DNA of 64,000 nucleotides from Escherichia coli (GTDB lineage Bacteria; Pseudomonadota; Gammaproteobacteria; Enterobacterales; Enterobacteriaceae): NCBI RefSeq assembly GCF_048403405.1, contig NZ_CP183129.1; one strand, 5' to 3'. Shown piece by piece: positions 33,117 to 45,880 of this stretch (position 1 is its first letter; each line of letters starts with the position of its first letter). The notes under the pieces were generated by a model. It saw only the letters and a program-made list of their open reading frames with translations, ran no database searches and was not told where the DNA came from. The position numbers and the translations under genes were made by a program.

Positions 33117-34811
33117 ATGTCAGATCAACTTCAAATGACAGATGGTATGCATATCATCGTTGAAGCATTAAAACAGAATGATATTGACACTATTTATGGT
33201 GTTGTAGGTATTCCTGTGACGGATATGGCGCGCCATGCCCAGGCGGAAGGCATTCGTTATATTGGTTTTCGTCATGAGCAGTCGGCAGGCTATGCCGCTG
33301 CGGCAAGCGGTTTTCTTACCCAAAAACCAGGGATCTGCCTGACAGTGTCTGCGCCAGGATTCCTCAATGGTTTGACCGCATTGGCCAACGCAACGGTAAA
33401 TGGTTTTCCGATGATCATGATTAGCGGCTCCAGCGACCGCGCGATCGTCGACCTACAGCAAGGTGATTATGAAGAGCTGGACCAAATGAATGCGGCAAAA
33501 CCGTATGCCAAAGCAGCATTCCGCGTTAATCAGCCGCAGGATCTTGGCATTGCATTGGCACGCGCTATCCGGGTCTCAGTATCGGGTCGCCCTGGCGGAG
33601 TTTATCTTGATTTGCCAGCAAATGTCCTGGCCGCGACGATGGAAAAAGACGAAGCGTTAACCACGATTGTTAAAGTTGAAAATCCGTCGCCAGCATTATT
33701 GCCATGCCCGAAGTCAGTCACTAGCGCAATTTCGCTTTTAGCAAAAGCTGAACGACCATTAGTTATCCTTGGCAAAGGCGCGGCGTATTCACAAGCTGAT
33801 GAACAGCTTCGTGAATTTATTGAAAGTGCCCAGATTCCATTCCTGCCAATGTCTATGGCGAAAGGGATCCTCGAAGATACACATCCACTTTCTGCGGCAA
33901 CTGCGCGTTCGTTTGCCCTGGCAAATGCTGACGTTGTCATGCTTGTTGGTGCACGACTGAATTGGTTACTGGCACACGGTAAAAAAGGATGGGCGGCAGA
34001 TACACAGTTTATTCAACTGGATATTGAACCGCAGGAAATTGACAGCAACCGCCCCATTGCTGTGCCAGTCGTTGGCGATATTGCATCCAGTATGCAAGGT
34101 ATGCTGGCAGAACTGAAACAAAACACATTTACGACTCCACTGGTATGGCGCGATATTTTAAATATCCACAAGCAGCAAAATGCACAAAAAATGCATGAAA
34201 AATTAAGTACAGATACTCAACCATTAAATTACTTTAATGCATTAAGTGCTGTGCGCGATGTATTGCGCGAGAACCAGGATATTTATTTAGTTAATGAAGG
34301 TGCAAATACCCTGGATAATGCACGAAATATTATTGATATGTATAAACCACGTCGCCGTCTGGATTGTGGTACCTGGGGTGTCATGGGCATCGGTATGGGC
34401 TATGCCATCGGTGCTAGCGTGACCTCTGGTTCTCCGGTTGTCGCCATTGAAGGTGATAGTGCTTTTGGTTTCAGTGGGATGGAGATTGAAACGATTTGTC
34501 GATATAACCTGCCGGTGACGATCGTTATTTTTAATAATGGCGGCATCTACAGAGGAGACGGTGTTGATCTCAGTGGCGCTGGTGCACCATCACCAACAGA
34601 TCTATTGCACCATGCAAGGTATGACAAATTAATGGATGCGTTTCGTGGCGTTGGCTATAACGTCACTACGACAGATGAACTTCGTCATGCTTTAACCACC
34701 GGTATTCAGTCGCGCAAACCGACCATTATTAATGTGGTCATCGACCCTGCAGCAGGAACTGAAAGTGGCCATATTACCAAACTTAACCCAAAACAAGTCG
34801 CTGGTAATTAA
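33117..34811 (+). CDS. oxc: Oxalyl-CoA decarboxylase (ThDP-dependent)
   Basis: 564-aa ThDP enzyme; [31 protein letters not shown]hDP-binding motif. Confidence 0.95.
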
Positions 34812-34879
34812 ATACTGACATCGTCTCCTCTTGCCAACTCATTATCGATGGTGAGGGGACCCTTATCGGAAATACTATT

Positions 34880-35824
34880 ATGCTAACATTTTTTATTGGC
34901 GATTTATTGCCTATTATCGTAATCATGCTGTTGGGTTATTTTAGCGGCAGACGAGAAACTTTTTCAGAAGATCAAGCCCGGGCATTTAATAAACTGGTAT
35001 TAAACTACGCTCTTCCTGCGGCCCTATTTGTTTCTATTACCCGGGCAAACAGGGAAATGATTTTTGCGGACACTCGCCTGACCCTTGTATCACTTGTGGT
35101 TATTGTCGGATGTTTCTTTTTCTCCTGGTTTGGTTGCTACAAATTTTTTAAACGTACTCATGCAGAAGCAGCAGTATGTGCATTAATTGCAGGTTCACCT
35201 ACCATCGGATTCCTGGGATTTGCAGTTCTCGATCCTATTTATGGTGATTCCGTATCAACAGGTTTAGTTGTAGCAATTATTTCTATTATTGTTAACGCAA
35301 TTACTATTCCTATTGGTCTGTATTTGCTGAATCCTTCCTCAGGAGCAGATGGTAAGAAGAATAGTAATCTGAGCGCATTAATTTCTGCGGCAAAGGAGCC
35401 AGTAGTATGGGCACCTGTTCTGGCAACGATCCTGGTGTTGGTTGGGGTAAAAATTCCGGCAGCATGGGACCCAACCTTTAATCTGATTGCGAAGGCTAAC
35501 TCAGGGGTAGCGGTATTCGCTGCGGGGTTGACTCTGGCTGCACATAAATTCGAGTTCAGTGCTGAAATTGCTTATAACACCTTCCTGAAGCTGATTCTGA
35601 TGCCACTGGCGCTGCTTCTCGTGGGTATGGCATGTCATTTGAACAGCGAACATTTGCAGATGATGGTACTGGCAGGTGCCTTACCGCCGGCATTCTCCGG
35701 AATCATTATTGCCAGCCGGTTTAATGTCTACACCCGCACTGGTACAGCGTCACTGGCTGTGAGCGTACTGGGCTTTGTCGTCACGGCTCCTTTGTGGATT
35801 TATGTCAGTCGACTGGTTTCATAA
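34880..35824 (+). CDS. yfdV: AEC-family transporter
   Basis: 314-aa polytopic membrane protein downstream of oxc. Confidence 0.85.
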
Positions 35825-35897
35825 TTAATCATGTTATTGATTTTACATAAATGCCGAAGTGTCTTTTCACCTTCGGCTTTTTTCAAGGCATAAGCAA

Positions 35898-37043
35898 ATG
35901 ACAAATAATGAATGCAAAGGGCTGTTTGAAGGCTTATTAGTTATCGATATGACACATGTCCTTAATGGACCTTTCGGAACTCAACTTCTTTGTAATATGG
36001 GCGCAAGGGTAATTAAAGTTGAGCCGCCGGGTCATGGTGATGATACCCGCACATTTGGTCCCTATGTGGATGGACAGTCACTCTATTACAGTTTTATTAA
36101 TCATGGCAAAGAGAGTGTGGTTCTTGATTTAAAGAATGATCACGATAAAAGTATATTTATAAATATGCTTAAACAAGCTGATGTATTAGCTGAGAATTTT
36201 CGCCCAGGTACAATGGAAAAACTGGGGTTTTCATGGGAAACGCTACAAGAAATCAACCCGCGTCTCATATATGCTTCATCGTCAGGTTTTGGGCATACCG
36301 GCCCGCTAAAAGATGCTCCAGCCTACGATACCATCATTCAGGCAATGAGCGGGATAATGATGGAAACAGGGTACCCTGATGCTCCGCCAGTGCGCGTGGG
36401 TACCTCTCTTGCGGATTTATGTGGCGGTGTCTATTTATTCAGTGGAATAGTGAGTGCACTTTATGGCCGCGAAATGAGCCAGAGAGGGGCGCATGTCGAT
36501 ATAGCGATGTTTGATGCCACGCTGAGTTTTCTGGAGCATGGTCTGATGGCATATATTGCGACAGGGAAGTCACCACAACGCCTGGGAAATCGCCATCCCT
36601 ACATGGCACCTTTTGATGTTTTTGATACTCAGGATAAGCCGATTACTATTTGTTGTGGTAATGACAAGCTTTTTTCTGCGTTATGCCAGGCACTGGAGCT
36701 TACGGAACTGGTTAATGATCCCCGATTTAGCAGCAATATTTTACGCGTACAAAACCAGGCTATTCTTAAACAATATATTGAGCGAACGTTAAAAACGCAG
36801 GCAGCTGAAGTTTGGTTAGCCAAAATACATGAAGTTGGTGTGCCCGTCGCGCCGTTATTAAGTGTGGCTGAGGCCATTAATTTGCCACAAACTCAGGCGA
36901 GAAATATGTTGATTGAAGCCGGGGGAATAATGATGCCAGGTAATCCGATAAAAATCAGCGGCTGCGCGGACCCGCATGTTATGCCGGGAGCGGCAACGCT
37001 CGACCAACATGGGGAACAAATTCGCCAGGAGTTCTCATCATAA
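35898..37043 (+). CDS. yfdE: Acetyl-CoA:oxalate CoA-transferase (class III CoA-transferase)
   Basis: 381-aa paralog of Frc starting MTNNECKGLFEGLLVIDMTHVLNGPFG. Confidence 0.85.
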   Translation: MTNNECKGLFEGLLVIDMTHVLNGPFGTQLLCNMGARVIKVEPPGHGDDTRTFGPYVDGQSLYYSFINHGKESVVLDLKNDHDKSIFINMLKQADVLAENFRPGTMEKLGFSWETLQEINPRLIYASSSGFGHTGPLKDAPAYDTIIQAMSGIMMETGYPDAPPVRVGTSLADLCGGVYLFSGIVSALYGREMSQRGAHVDIAMFDATLSFLEHGLMAYIATGKSPQRLGNRHPYMAPFDVFDTQDKPITICCGNDKLFSALCQALELTELVNDPRFSSNILRVQNQAILKQYIERTLKTQAAEVWLAKIHEVGVPVAPLLSVAEAINLPQTQARNMLIEAGGIMMPGNPIKISGCADPHVMPGAATLDQHGEQIRQEFSS

Positions 37044-37098
37044 ATGTAAGATGTGCTGGTAAATAGCTCCCACATTTGAATATTGTGGGAGCCGCTAT

Positions 37099-40000
37099 TT
37101 AGTCATTTTGTTGACAGAAAACAGCTATCTCCTGGTCCAGCTCTGCAATGTGTTCTTTAACAGAGTTCAGCAACTTAAGAATTTCAGGCTTGCTGTCATC
37201 TGAAACGGGCGTTATTTCTAACTGATGGCTAAGATTAATCAACTTTTGCAAATTCAGGATGTTAGCCGCACCGTGGATGCGATGAATACACTGATGGAAA
37301 GTTCTGTTATCGCCAGCTTCTAACGCATGAAACGCAGCGGGTAGATCTTTATGCGTTTCATGCTGGAAAGTCATGAGAATCTCCTGCATCAGTTGTAGAT
37401 CGTTCGCCGTATTATTTTTCAGGGCCTCGATATCAAGGTGGCGATACTGAGGTGCAATAGGCGCAACCTGGTGTAACTGGCTTAAATGTGTTTTCATTAC
37501 ATTCAGGGTCAACGGTTTGAACAAACATAAGTTCATGCCGCAATTTAACCCTTTTTCACGTTCGTTAGCCTGTGCGTTGGCTGTAAGCCCCCAGATGGGT
37601 AAGGAAGAATTTTGCTCACGGAGTTTGCGAGTCAACTCAAAACCATCCATATTCGGCATATTAACGTCAGTAATAAGCAGATCATAATGTTGCATACTGA
37701 CTTTGTGTAGCGCTTGCACACCATCAGTGGCTTCATCAACATCATATCCTAATAGGTTTAGCTGGCGTTTGAGTAATAGCCTGTTGGTCGGATGATCATC
37801 CGCGATTAATATACTCAACTTTTCAGGGAGTGTCATAGGTTGTTCTGCTTTTGCCTCGACAGTCGCCACTTGTTGGGTAATTTCTACCGGGATTGTGATC
37901 GTAAATGTCGTTCCTATGCCTGGATGACTTTCTAATGACAAATCGCCCTGCATGTTTTTAATTAATTCTTTGCAGATCATTAAGCCTAAACCAGAACCTG
38001 TTTGCTGACGACCTGCACTTGTTTGGCTATAGCGTTTAAACAGTTGTTGTTGTTCTTCCTGTGATAATCCACTTCCAGAATCCATAATCGTCATTTTGAT
38101 TACAGCGTGGTTGTCATCAATGTTAACCAGGGAGGTCGTAATTTTTACTGCCCCCTCGGTGGTAAATTTGAGAGCATTGCTCAGTAAATTAGATAAGACC
38201 TGCTTAAACGCCTGAGGGTCGATCTTAACCAGGTAATGTTCAGGAAACGTACTGCTGCAACTTAATGCGATCGATTTGCTTGCAGCAATCGCACCGAAAG
38301 AGTGACAAGTGTTCTGGACTAAAGTAGGGATATCGACCCATTGTGGTTGAAGTTGATAGTTACCCGACTCAATTTTGTCGACATCAAGGATTTCACCAAT
38401 TAAGCCGAGGAGTGATTGTCCGGTGGCGTAGGCAAGTGAAATCGCCTCCACCCGTTGTTCCTTGCTAAGACCAGAACCCGACAGAAGTTCCAGGAAGCCC
38501 ATAATGGAGCTTATTGGTGTTCTTATTTCGTGACTCATTGTTGCCAGAAACTGACTTTTTGCGACAGTTGCATTGATCGCTTTATTTCTCTCTACTTCGA
38601 GAGCGTGAATTAAATCACGCGTCTCGGTAATATCTTGCCAACCACAAATATAAACAGCATGATCGCTGGCTGGCAGATTGCATAATGTATGCCAGTGATT
38701 AATGCATCTTTTCTCGATGCCATTATCAATTTCAAATACCTGTGTGTATATTGTTCGATTTTCTTTCGTTTCTGCTGTGACTTCATGCGCATTAGAAAAA
38801 ACATCTTTAAAGGGTGAGTCACTGTTTTCTAATGGTAACATTGCATTTTTGTAGTAATCCGCAGTGAAATAATGTTCAAAAGCACTATTATGACTAATGA
38901 CATTACCTTGCCAGTTTACAACATAAGTTGGATTCGGTAAGGAATCCGAGAGTGCTTTTCGGAATGATATTTGGTTTTCTAAATCACCCTGAATGACTTT
39001 ACGACGACGAACTGAGCGTAACAGGTAGAATCCCCATAAAAGGCTACTGCCAACTAATAAAACGGATAATGTCGTGACAATATAAAATTGCTCGCTATAG
39101 AGGTCCCATGTGTCAATGGTCACATTGGGCATTTTAATCCATTTTTCCGTCAGGCGCAGAACTTCGCTTGGGGGAATTGCATTCAGTGCTTTATTAATAA
39201 TATCCTTAAGTTCCGGTTCTCCGCGAGGAAAAGCGAACGAAAGCGATGCATTCGGAACGCCGGGAATAAGAAAATGATAAAGTTCATTAGGATAGTAATG
39301 GTCGATCATGTAACGTGAATTTAACTGTGTCGCGACCAGAGCATCAAGTTCGCCTTCCTTGACCTTGTGAAATGCAGCGCTGGCGTTATCGACTTTTATC
39401 CACTCTACCTCCGGATACATCTCTTTTAATTGCGAATGAAGCTCATAATAATAGGGAATGGCAACTTTCATTCCTTTTTTTAATGTTTGTTCACTGTCAG
39501 GCGCTTTTTGCATGACAAAAACGTAAGGCGTTGTTATGAAGGCTTCAGCAAATAAAACATTATTTTCTCTATCTTCACTATAAATAGCGGCGGGCAATAT
39601 ATCCCATCCACCGGGGTTAAGCTGTGTCCCCGCATGAATATTGTGTGAAACGGTGATCGGAGAAAAATTTAAACCTGTTTGCAAGGTAATAATATTAAGA
39701 ATATCACCCATCACGCCCCGAACTGAGCCAGTTTCATCTGTCATAGAATAGGGGGGCGAGTAAGGATTTTCCAGCACCTTTAAATCGGGATGCTGCTTAA
39801 TCCACTGTTTTTCATGTTCAGTGAGTTCTAATGGTTTGTTCAGAAAGGCCAGGTTTCCTGTATCAAGCCAATTTTGTGAAACTTCATAGCGAACTTCATT
39901 TGTTAAAGCATCAACAAACCGATTGAGTACTTCATTAAGAATGATTGAATCTTTTCTGGTTAAGAAAAAGTTATATTGACGCGGCGAGTTATAATATTTC

Positions 40001-40691
40001 ACTACATTTAAGGAGTGAGTGAAATAGCGGGAAATCATACTGCTGGTGATGATGTTACTACCAATAAAGTAATCATTCTGTCCGGCTGAGACGGATGCTA
40101 ATGCCTGATATAAATTTGTAAAAGAGATAATTGTTGCTTTTGGAAATGATTGATGAATTACCTCGTCTGGAGGGTAATTTGCTACTCTAGCAATATTTAC
40201 TGGTTTTGATGAGGTAAGCGGTCGCATTGAATCGTGAAGGGTGGTGACCAGCGCCGGAAAGGTAATTATCAGCGGTTTGGTTGCAGCAATGTCATCATTA
40301 AGAGGCGGCGAAGCAACCAAATGTGATAACACTATATCGACTTCACCTTCTTCCAGCGCGTCCATTGCTTTTTGATGATCTGCGTATTCCCGGAGTGTTA
40401 ATTTGATATTTAACGCTCTTTTTAACAGATTTAAATAATCAGCATTAATACCACGAACCCGTTGCTGTGAATCGGTATGCAACAACGTAGCCGTTTGGGA
40501 CTTGTGTACTGCAATCACAAGATTTTTTTGCTCGCTAACCAACGTAATTCCTTGTTGCTCAGACGTAGTGGATCAAGTGTGACACGGTTGTTACTACTGA
40601 TGCCACGATATTCGATGTAATCTTCGTCTGCGAAACCTATTGTCGACCAAAGACCACAACAGAGAAGAAAAATATAGGGTAAAAACTTCAT
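37099..40691 (-). pseudogene. evgS: Hybrid sensor kinase EvgS, reading frame broken near codon 54 by a 1-nt frameshift
   Basis: ATG at 40691 opens an ORF with a signal peptide (MKFLPYIFLLCCGLWSTIGFA...) that stops at 40515 (...RWLASKKIL*); the 1147-codon body (periplasmic PBP domains, HisKA/HATPase, receiver, HPt) continues in the -1 frame from 40542; the frames diverge within a T7 run at 40523-40529. Confidence 0.75.
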
Positions 40692-40695
40692 GTGG

Positions 40696-41310
40696 TTAGC
40701 CGATTTTGTTACGTTGTGCGAATGTGTAAAGATCCATCAGTGATTTACATTCTAATTTTTCCATCAGGCGACTTTTATAAGTGCTGACAGTTTTGTTGCT
40801 GATGAACATTTTTTCAGCAATGTCATTATTATCCTTGCCATCAAGAATATATCGCATGACACTAATTTCTTGTTTCGATAAGGAGTCGAGTTTTTGCTGG
40901 TCGGACGTTAAACTTCCAACAAACCGGTTGAGAGAGAAGGGGAAATAGCAGTAGCCATTTTTTGCAGCTTCAATAGCCGCAATGATATTGTTCATGCCTT
41001 CTTTTTTACTCACGAATCCATTAGCGCCAGCATCAGCACAATGTTTCCCGTAAAAATGGTCATTTTTAGCGGAGACGATAATAATAATTCCGCTATATTG
41101 GCGCTTCCTCAGCGTTTCTAACACCTGGATACCGTTAACTCCGGGGATATCGACATCAATGATGACGATATCAGGTTTAAGTGTTTCCACACGCTGAACG
41201 GCACTTCCCCCTTCAGTCAACTCCGCTAAGATTTCAATATCGTTTTTGATCAATAAATTACGAATTGCTGCGATAGCAAGAGGATGGTCATCAATAATTA
41301 TTGCGTTCAT
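40696..41310 (-). CDS. evgA: Response regulator EvgA (NarL/FixJ family)
   Basis: 204-aa receiver + LuxR-type HTH (MNAIIIDDHPLAIAAIRNLL...). Confidence 0.9.
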   Translation of the reverse strand: MNAIIIDDHPLAIAAIRNLLIKNDIEILAELTEGGSAVQRVETLKPDIVIIDVDIPGVNGIQVLETLRKRQYSGIIIIVSAKNDHFYGKHCADAGANGFVSKKEGMNNIIAAIEAAKNGYCYFPFSLNRFVGSLTSDQQKLDSLSKQEISVMRYILDGKDNNDIAEKMFISNKTVSTYKSRLMEKLECKSLMDLYTFAQRNKIG

Positions 41311-41536
41311 AGATTATTCCCTTTGCAATGAAGCATCTCCCTTCTCCCTGTAGTAATACAGACATAAGGCATCATCTCATTTTCTCAATAAAAATAAGAA
41401 AATTTGAGCTTCCTTTAAGATAATTCGACAAGTATACCATATAAATAGTCGGCATATATGAAATGTCAACAATAAAATCAGGGATTGTACCGATGATTTA
41501 TAGTTTCACATTAGTACTATAAGTCTTCTCACTAAT

Positions 41537-41553
41537 CCTACATGCGTAAGAAT
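41537..41553. promoter_or_regulatory. EvgA-box-like inverted repeat in the evgA-emrK divergent promoter region
   Basis: tcctaca-tgcg-taagaa (reverse complement ttcttacgcatgtagga) resembles the EvgA consensus half-sites. Confidence 0.4.
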
Positions 41554-41725
41554 TGTATTGCAAAAGCCACGGTTTAGTCCTCTGTTGTTTTTTTTGCACC
41601 TCATTTAAATTAGGCCTCCAACGTTCCTGGGACAATGTGCAACACATGCACTGTGTTTGATATGAAGAATGAATACTCTTTTCATTCAATTCATAAATTT
41701 CATCTATGCGAAATGAGAGATAATA

Positions 41726-42889
41726 GTGGAACAGATTAATTCAAATAAAAAACATTCTAACAGAAGAAAATACTTTTCTTTATTGGCGGTAGTTTTATTT
41801 ATTGCGTTTTCAGGTGCCTATGCCTATTGGTCAATGGAATTAGAAGACATGATTAGTACAGATGATGCCTATGTCACGGGGAATGCAGATCCAATTTCTG
41901 CACAAGTTTCAGGCAGCGTCACTGTCGTTAATCATAAAGATACGAACTACGTTCGACAGGGTGACATTTTAGTCTCACTGGATAAGACTGATGCCACTAT
42001 CGCACTCAATAAAGCTAAAAATAATCTGGCCAATATTGTTCGGCAAACGAATAAACTGTACTTACAGGATAAACAATACAGTGCCGAAGTCGCTTCAGCA
42101 CGTATTCAGTATCAACAATCTTTAGAAGATTATAACCGTCGTGTACCTTTAGCGAAGCAGGGGGTTATTTCAAAAGAAACGCTGGAGCATACCAAAGATA
42201 CGTTAATAAGTAGCAAAGCGGCATTGAATGCCGCTATCCAGGCTTATAAAGCGAATAAAGCTTTAGTAATGAACACACCATTAAACCGTCAGCCACAAGT
42301 CGTTGAAGCGGCGGATGCAACCAAAGAAGCCTGGTTAGCGCTTAAACGTACGGATATTAAGAGTCCTGTTACCGGCTATATTGCCCAGAGAAGCGTTCAG
42401 GTCGGCGAAACAGTGAGTCCCGGACAATCGTTAATGGCTGTCGTACCGGCACGTCAAATGTGGGTTAATGCCAACTTTAAAGAAACACAACTCACGGATG
42501 TACGGATTGGTCAATCGGTCAATATTATCAGCGATCTTTATGGTGAAAATGTTGTGTTTCATGGTCGGGTGACAGGGATCAATATGGGAACCGGCAATGC
42601 GTTCTCCTTATTACCTGCACAAAATGCGACAGGGAACTGGATCAAAATCGTTCAGCGTGTACCGGTTGAAGTTTCTCTTGATCCAAAAGAACTCATGGAA
42701 CATCCCTTACGTATTGGTTTATCGATGACAGCAACTATTGATACGAAGAACGAAGACATTGCCGAGATGCCTGAGCTGGATTCAACCGTGACGTCCATGC
42801 CTGCTTATACCAGTAAGGCTTTAGTTATCGATACCAGTCCGATAGAAAAAGAAATTAGCAACATTATTTCGCATAATGGACAACTTTAA
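41726..42889 (+). CDS. emrK: Multidrug efflux membrane fusion protein
   Basis: 387-aa HlyD-family periplasmic adaptor with N-terminal TM anchor. Confidence 0.9.
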   Translation: MEQINSNKKHSNRRKYFSLLAVVLFIAFSGAYAYWSMELEDMISTDDAYVTGNADPISAQVSGSVTVVNHKDTNYVRQGDILVSLDKTDATIALNKAKNNLANIVRQTNKLYLQDKQYSAEVASARIQYQQSLEDYNRRVPLAKQGVISKETLEHTKDTLISSKAALNAAIQAYKANKALVMNTPLNRQPQVVEAADATKEAWLALKRTDIKSPVTGYIAQRSVQVGETVSPGQSLMAVVPARQMWVNANFKETQLTDVRIGQSVNIISDLYGENVVFHGRVTGINMGTGNAFSLLPAQNATGNWIKIVQRVPVEVSLDPKELMEHPLRIGLSMTATIDTKNEDIAEMPELDSTVTSMPAYTSKALVIDTSPIEKEISNIISHNGQL

Positions 42890-44427
42890 TGGCAATCACT
42901 AAATCAACTCCGGCACCATTAACCGGTGGGACGTTATGGTGCGTCACTATTGCATTGTCATTAGCGACGTTTATGCAAATGTTGGATTCCACTATTTCTA
43001 ACGTCGCAATACCGACAATATCTGGCTTTCTGGGAGCATCAACAGACGAAGGCACCTGGGTTATCACTTCGTTTGGTGTAGCAAATGCCATTGCGATCCC
43101 TGTTACCGGCAGGTTGGCACAAAGAATAGGCGAATTAAGATTATTTTTACTTTCAGTAACCTTTTTTTCGCTATCTTCATTAATGTGTAGCCTATCGACC
43201 AATCTTGATGTGCTGATATTTTTTAGAGTCGTTCAGGGGTTAATGGCGGGGCCGTTAATTCCACTGTCACAGAGTTTATTATTAAGGAATTATCCGCCAG
43301 AAAAAAGAACATTTGCTCTGGCATTATGGTCTATGACCGTGATTATCGCTCCGATATGTGGGCCGATATTGGGCGGCTATATTTGCGATAACTTTAGCTG
43401 GGGTTGGATATTTTTAATCAATGTCCCTATGGGGATTATCGTTCTGACATTATGCTTAACCTTACTTAAAGGAAGAGAAACTGAGACTTCACCGGTCAAA
43501 ATGAATCTACCAGGACTGACCCTGTTAGTGCTCGGTGTTGGTGGCTTGCAGATAATGCTTGATAAAGGGCGCGACCTGGATTGGTTCAACTCGAGTACAA
43601 TAATAATACTAACAGTAGTGTCAGTTATTTCTCTGATTTCTTTAGTCATTTGGGAGTCGACCTCAGAGAACCCGATTCTTGATCTCAGTTTGTTTAAGTC
43701 CCGTAATTTCACCATTGGTATTGTGAGTATCACATGCGCGTATTTATTTTACTCTGGGGCGATAGTCCTTATGCCGCAGTTACTCCAGGAAACGATGGGG
43801 TATAATGCGATATGGGCCGGACTTGCCTATGCGCCCATCGGCATCATGCCGCTATTAATATCACCTTTGATAGGACGTTATGGCAACAAAATTGATATGC
43901 GGTTGTTGGTGACATTTAGTTTTTTAATGTATGCGGTTTGCTATTACTGGCGTTCTGTGACATTTATGCCAACGATTGATTTTACAGGCATCATTTTGCC
44001 ACAGTTTTTTCAGGGATTCGCCGTCGCCTGTTTCTTTTTACCCTTAACAACGATTTCGTTTTCAGGTTTGCCAGATAATAAATTTGCCAATGCCTCGAGT
44101 ATGAGTAATTTTTTTCGTACCTTGTCAGGATCAGTTGGTACGTCGTTGACAATGACGCTGTGGGGACGCCGAGAATCATTACACCATAGTCAGTTGACAG
44201 CAACCATCGATCAATTTAACCCCGTGTTTAATTCATCGTCACAAATTATGGATAAATACTATGGTTCGCTTTCAGGGGTTCTTAATGAAATTAATAATGA
44301 AATAACTCAGCAGTCACTTTCAATTTCTGCAAATGAGATTTTCCGTATGGCGGCTATTGCTTTTATCTTACTTACGGTTTTGGTTTGGTTTGCGAAACCG
44401 CCGTTTACAGCGAAAGGCGTTGGGTGA
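42889..44427 (+). CDS. emrY: MFS multidrug efflux transporter (EmrB family, 14 TM)
   Basis: 512-aa MFS protein; start overlaps the emrK stop. Confidence 0.9.
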   Translation: MAITKSTPAPLTGGTLWCVTIALSLATFMQMLDSTISNVAIPTISGFLGASTDEGTWVITSFGVANAIAIPVTGRLAQRIGELRLFLLSVTFFSLSSLMCSLSTNLDVLIFFRVVQGLMAGPLIPLSQSLLLRNYPPEKRTFALALWSMTVIIAPICGPILGGYICDNFSWGWIFLINVPMGIIVLTLCLTLLKGRETETSPVKMNLPGLTLLVLGVGGLQIMLDKGRDLDWFNSSTIIILTVVSVISLISLVIWESTSENPILDLSLFKSRNFTIGIVSITCAYLFYSGAIVLMPQLLQETMGYNAIWAGLAYAPIGIMPLLISPLIGRYGNKIDMRLLVTFSFLMYAVCYYWRSVTFMPTIDFTGIILPQFFQGFAVACFFLPLTTISFSGLPDNKFANASSMSNFFRTLSGSVGTSLTMTLWGRRESLHHSQLTATIDQFNPVFNSSSQIMDKYYGSLSGVLNEINNEITQQSLSISANEIFRMAAIAFILLTVLVWFAKPPFTAKGVG

Positions 44428-44531
44428 TGGTAAAAGCAAGGGGTTATAGCGGGTAAGACCGGGGATCTTAAGTCTGCGCCATCGGCAGCATCGCTCACCC
44501 AGGGAAAGGATGGCGATGCTGCGTTGAAACG

Positions 44532-45863
44532 TTATGAACGGCCTTTTGCCAGATATTGCTCCATCTCTTCTTCCGGCACCATTCCACCTCCCGTCGCCCA
44601 CACCAGATGAGTGGCATTACGCAGTTGTTCTGCGCTGAAACCGTGCATCTGTTGGTAACTTACTGATGCGCACACGCGCTGAGGCCCGGCCATACCCGCC
44701 AGTGCCGAAGGTTCAAGACGAATGCCTTCTTCCTGCGCCAGCCAGCCAAGCATGTCATACATGGTTTGATCGCTAAGGGTATAGAGGCCATCCAGTAGAC
44801 GCTCCATTGCCCGCCCGACAAAGCCTGATGCGCGACCAACAGCAAGGCCATCCGCTGCGGTAAGGTTGTCGATACCAATATCCTGAACAGAGATCTGATC
44901 GTGTAATCCTGTATGGACGCCTAACAACATACAAGGGGAGTGCGTTGGTTCGGCAAAAAAGCAGTGAACATGATCGCCAAACGCCAGTTTAAGCCCGAAT
45001 GCGACGCCACCAGGACCACCGCCAACACCACACGGCAGATAGACAAACAGAGGGTTATCAGCATCGACAATACGACCTTGCTCGGCAAATTGCGCTTTAA
45101 GACGCTGGCCTGCGACGGAATACCCAAGGAACAACGTGCGGGAATTTTCGTCATCAATAAAGAAACAGTTCGGGTCAGACTGCGCTGCTTTACGTCCTTC
45201 CTCGACGGCAACACCATAATCTTGCTCATATTCCACGACCGTAACGCCATGGCTGCGCAGTTTCGCTTTTTTCCATGCCCGGGCATCAGCAGACATATGC
45301 ACTGTCACCTTAAAGCCAATGCGGGCGCTCATAATGCCGATTGATAACCCCAGATTTCCGGTTGAGCCCACAGCAATGCTGTATTGGCTAAAGAACTGTT
45401 TAAACTCCGGAGAAAGCAGTTTGCTGTAGTCATCTTCAAGCGTCAGCAACCCCGCTTCCAGAGCCAGTTTTTCTGCGTGTGCCAGGACTTCATAAATCCC
45501 ACCGCGTGCTTTTATGGAGCCGGAAATGGGCAAATGGCTATCTTTTTTCAGTAGCAGTTGCCCGCTGATCGGTTGTTGATATTCCTTTTCCAGCCGTTTT
45601 TGCATAGCCGGAATGGCAACCAGTTCTGATTCAATAATCCCCCCAGTAGCAGCAGTTTCAGGAAATGCTTTTGCCAGATAGGGTGCAAAACGGGATAAGC
45701 GCGCATGGGCGTCCTGAACATCCTGTTCGGTCAGGCCAACATAAGGTAAACCTTCAGCCAATGAGGTCGTGCCAGGATTAAACCAGGTGGTTTCTTGAAG
45801 AGCAACCAGATCCTTTACCAACGGATACTGGGCGATGAGCGAGTTCATTTTAGCGTTTTCCAT
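44532..45863 (-). CDS. dsdA: D-serine ammonia-lyase (PLP-dependent)
   Basis: 443-aa [25 protein letters not shown]...; PLP lysine context SGSIKARGG. Confidence 0.95.
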   Translation of the reverse strand: MENAKMNSLIAQYPLVKDLVALQETTWFNPGTTSLAEGLPYVGLTEQDVQDAHARLSRFAPYLAKAFPETAATGGIIESELVAIPAMQKRLEKEYQQPISGQLLLKKDSHLPISGSIKARGGIYEVLAHAEKLALEAGLLTLEDDYSKLLSPEFKQFFSQYSIAVGSTGNLGLSIGIMSARIGFKVTVHMSADARAWKKAKLRSHGVTVVEYEQDYGVAVEEGRKAAQSDPNCFFIDDENSRTLFLGYSVAGQRLKAQFAEQGRIVDADNPLFVYLPCGVGGGPGGVAFGLKLAFGDHVHCFFAEPTHSPCMLLGVHTGLHDQISVQDIGIDNLTAADGLAVGRASGFVGRAMERLLDGLYTLSDQTMYDMLGWLAQEEGIRLEPSALAGMAGPQRVCASVSYQQMHGFSAEQLRNATHLVWATGGGMVPEEEMEQYLAKGRS

Positions 45864-45880
45864 AGTACGTCTCTTTGCGC

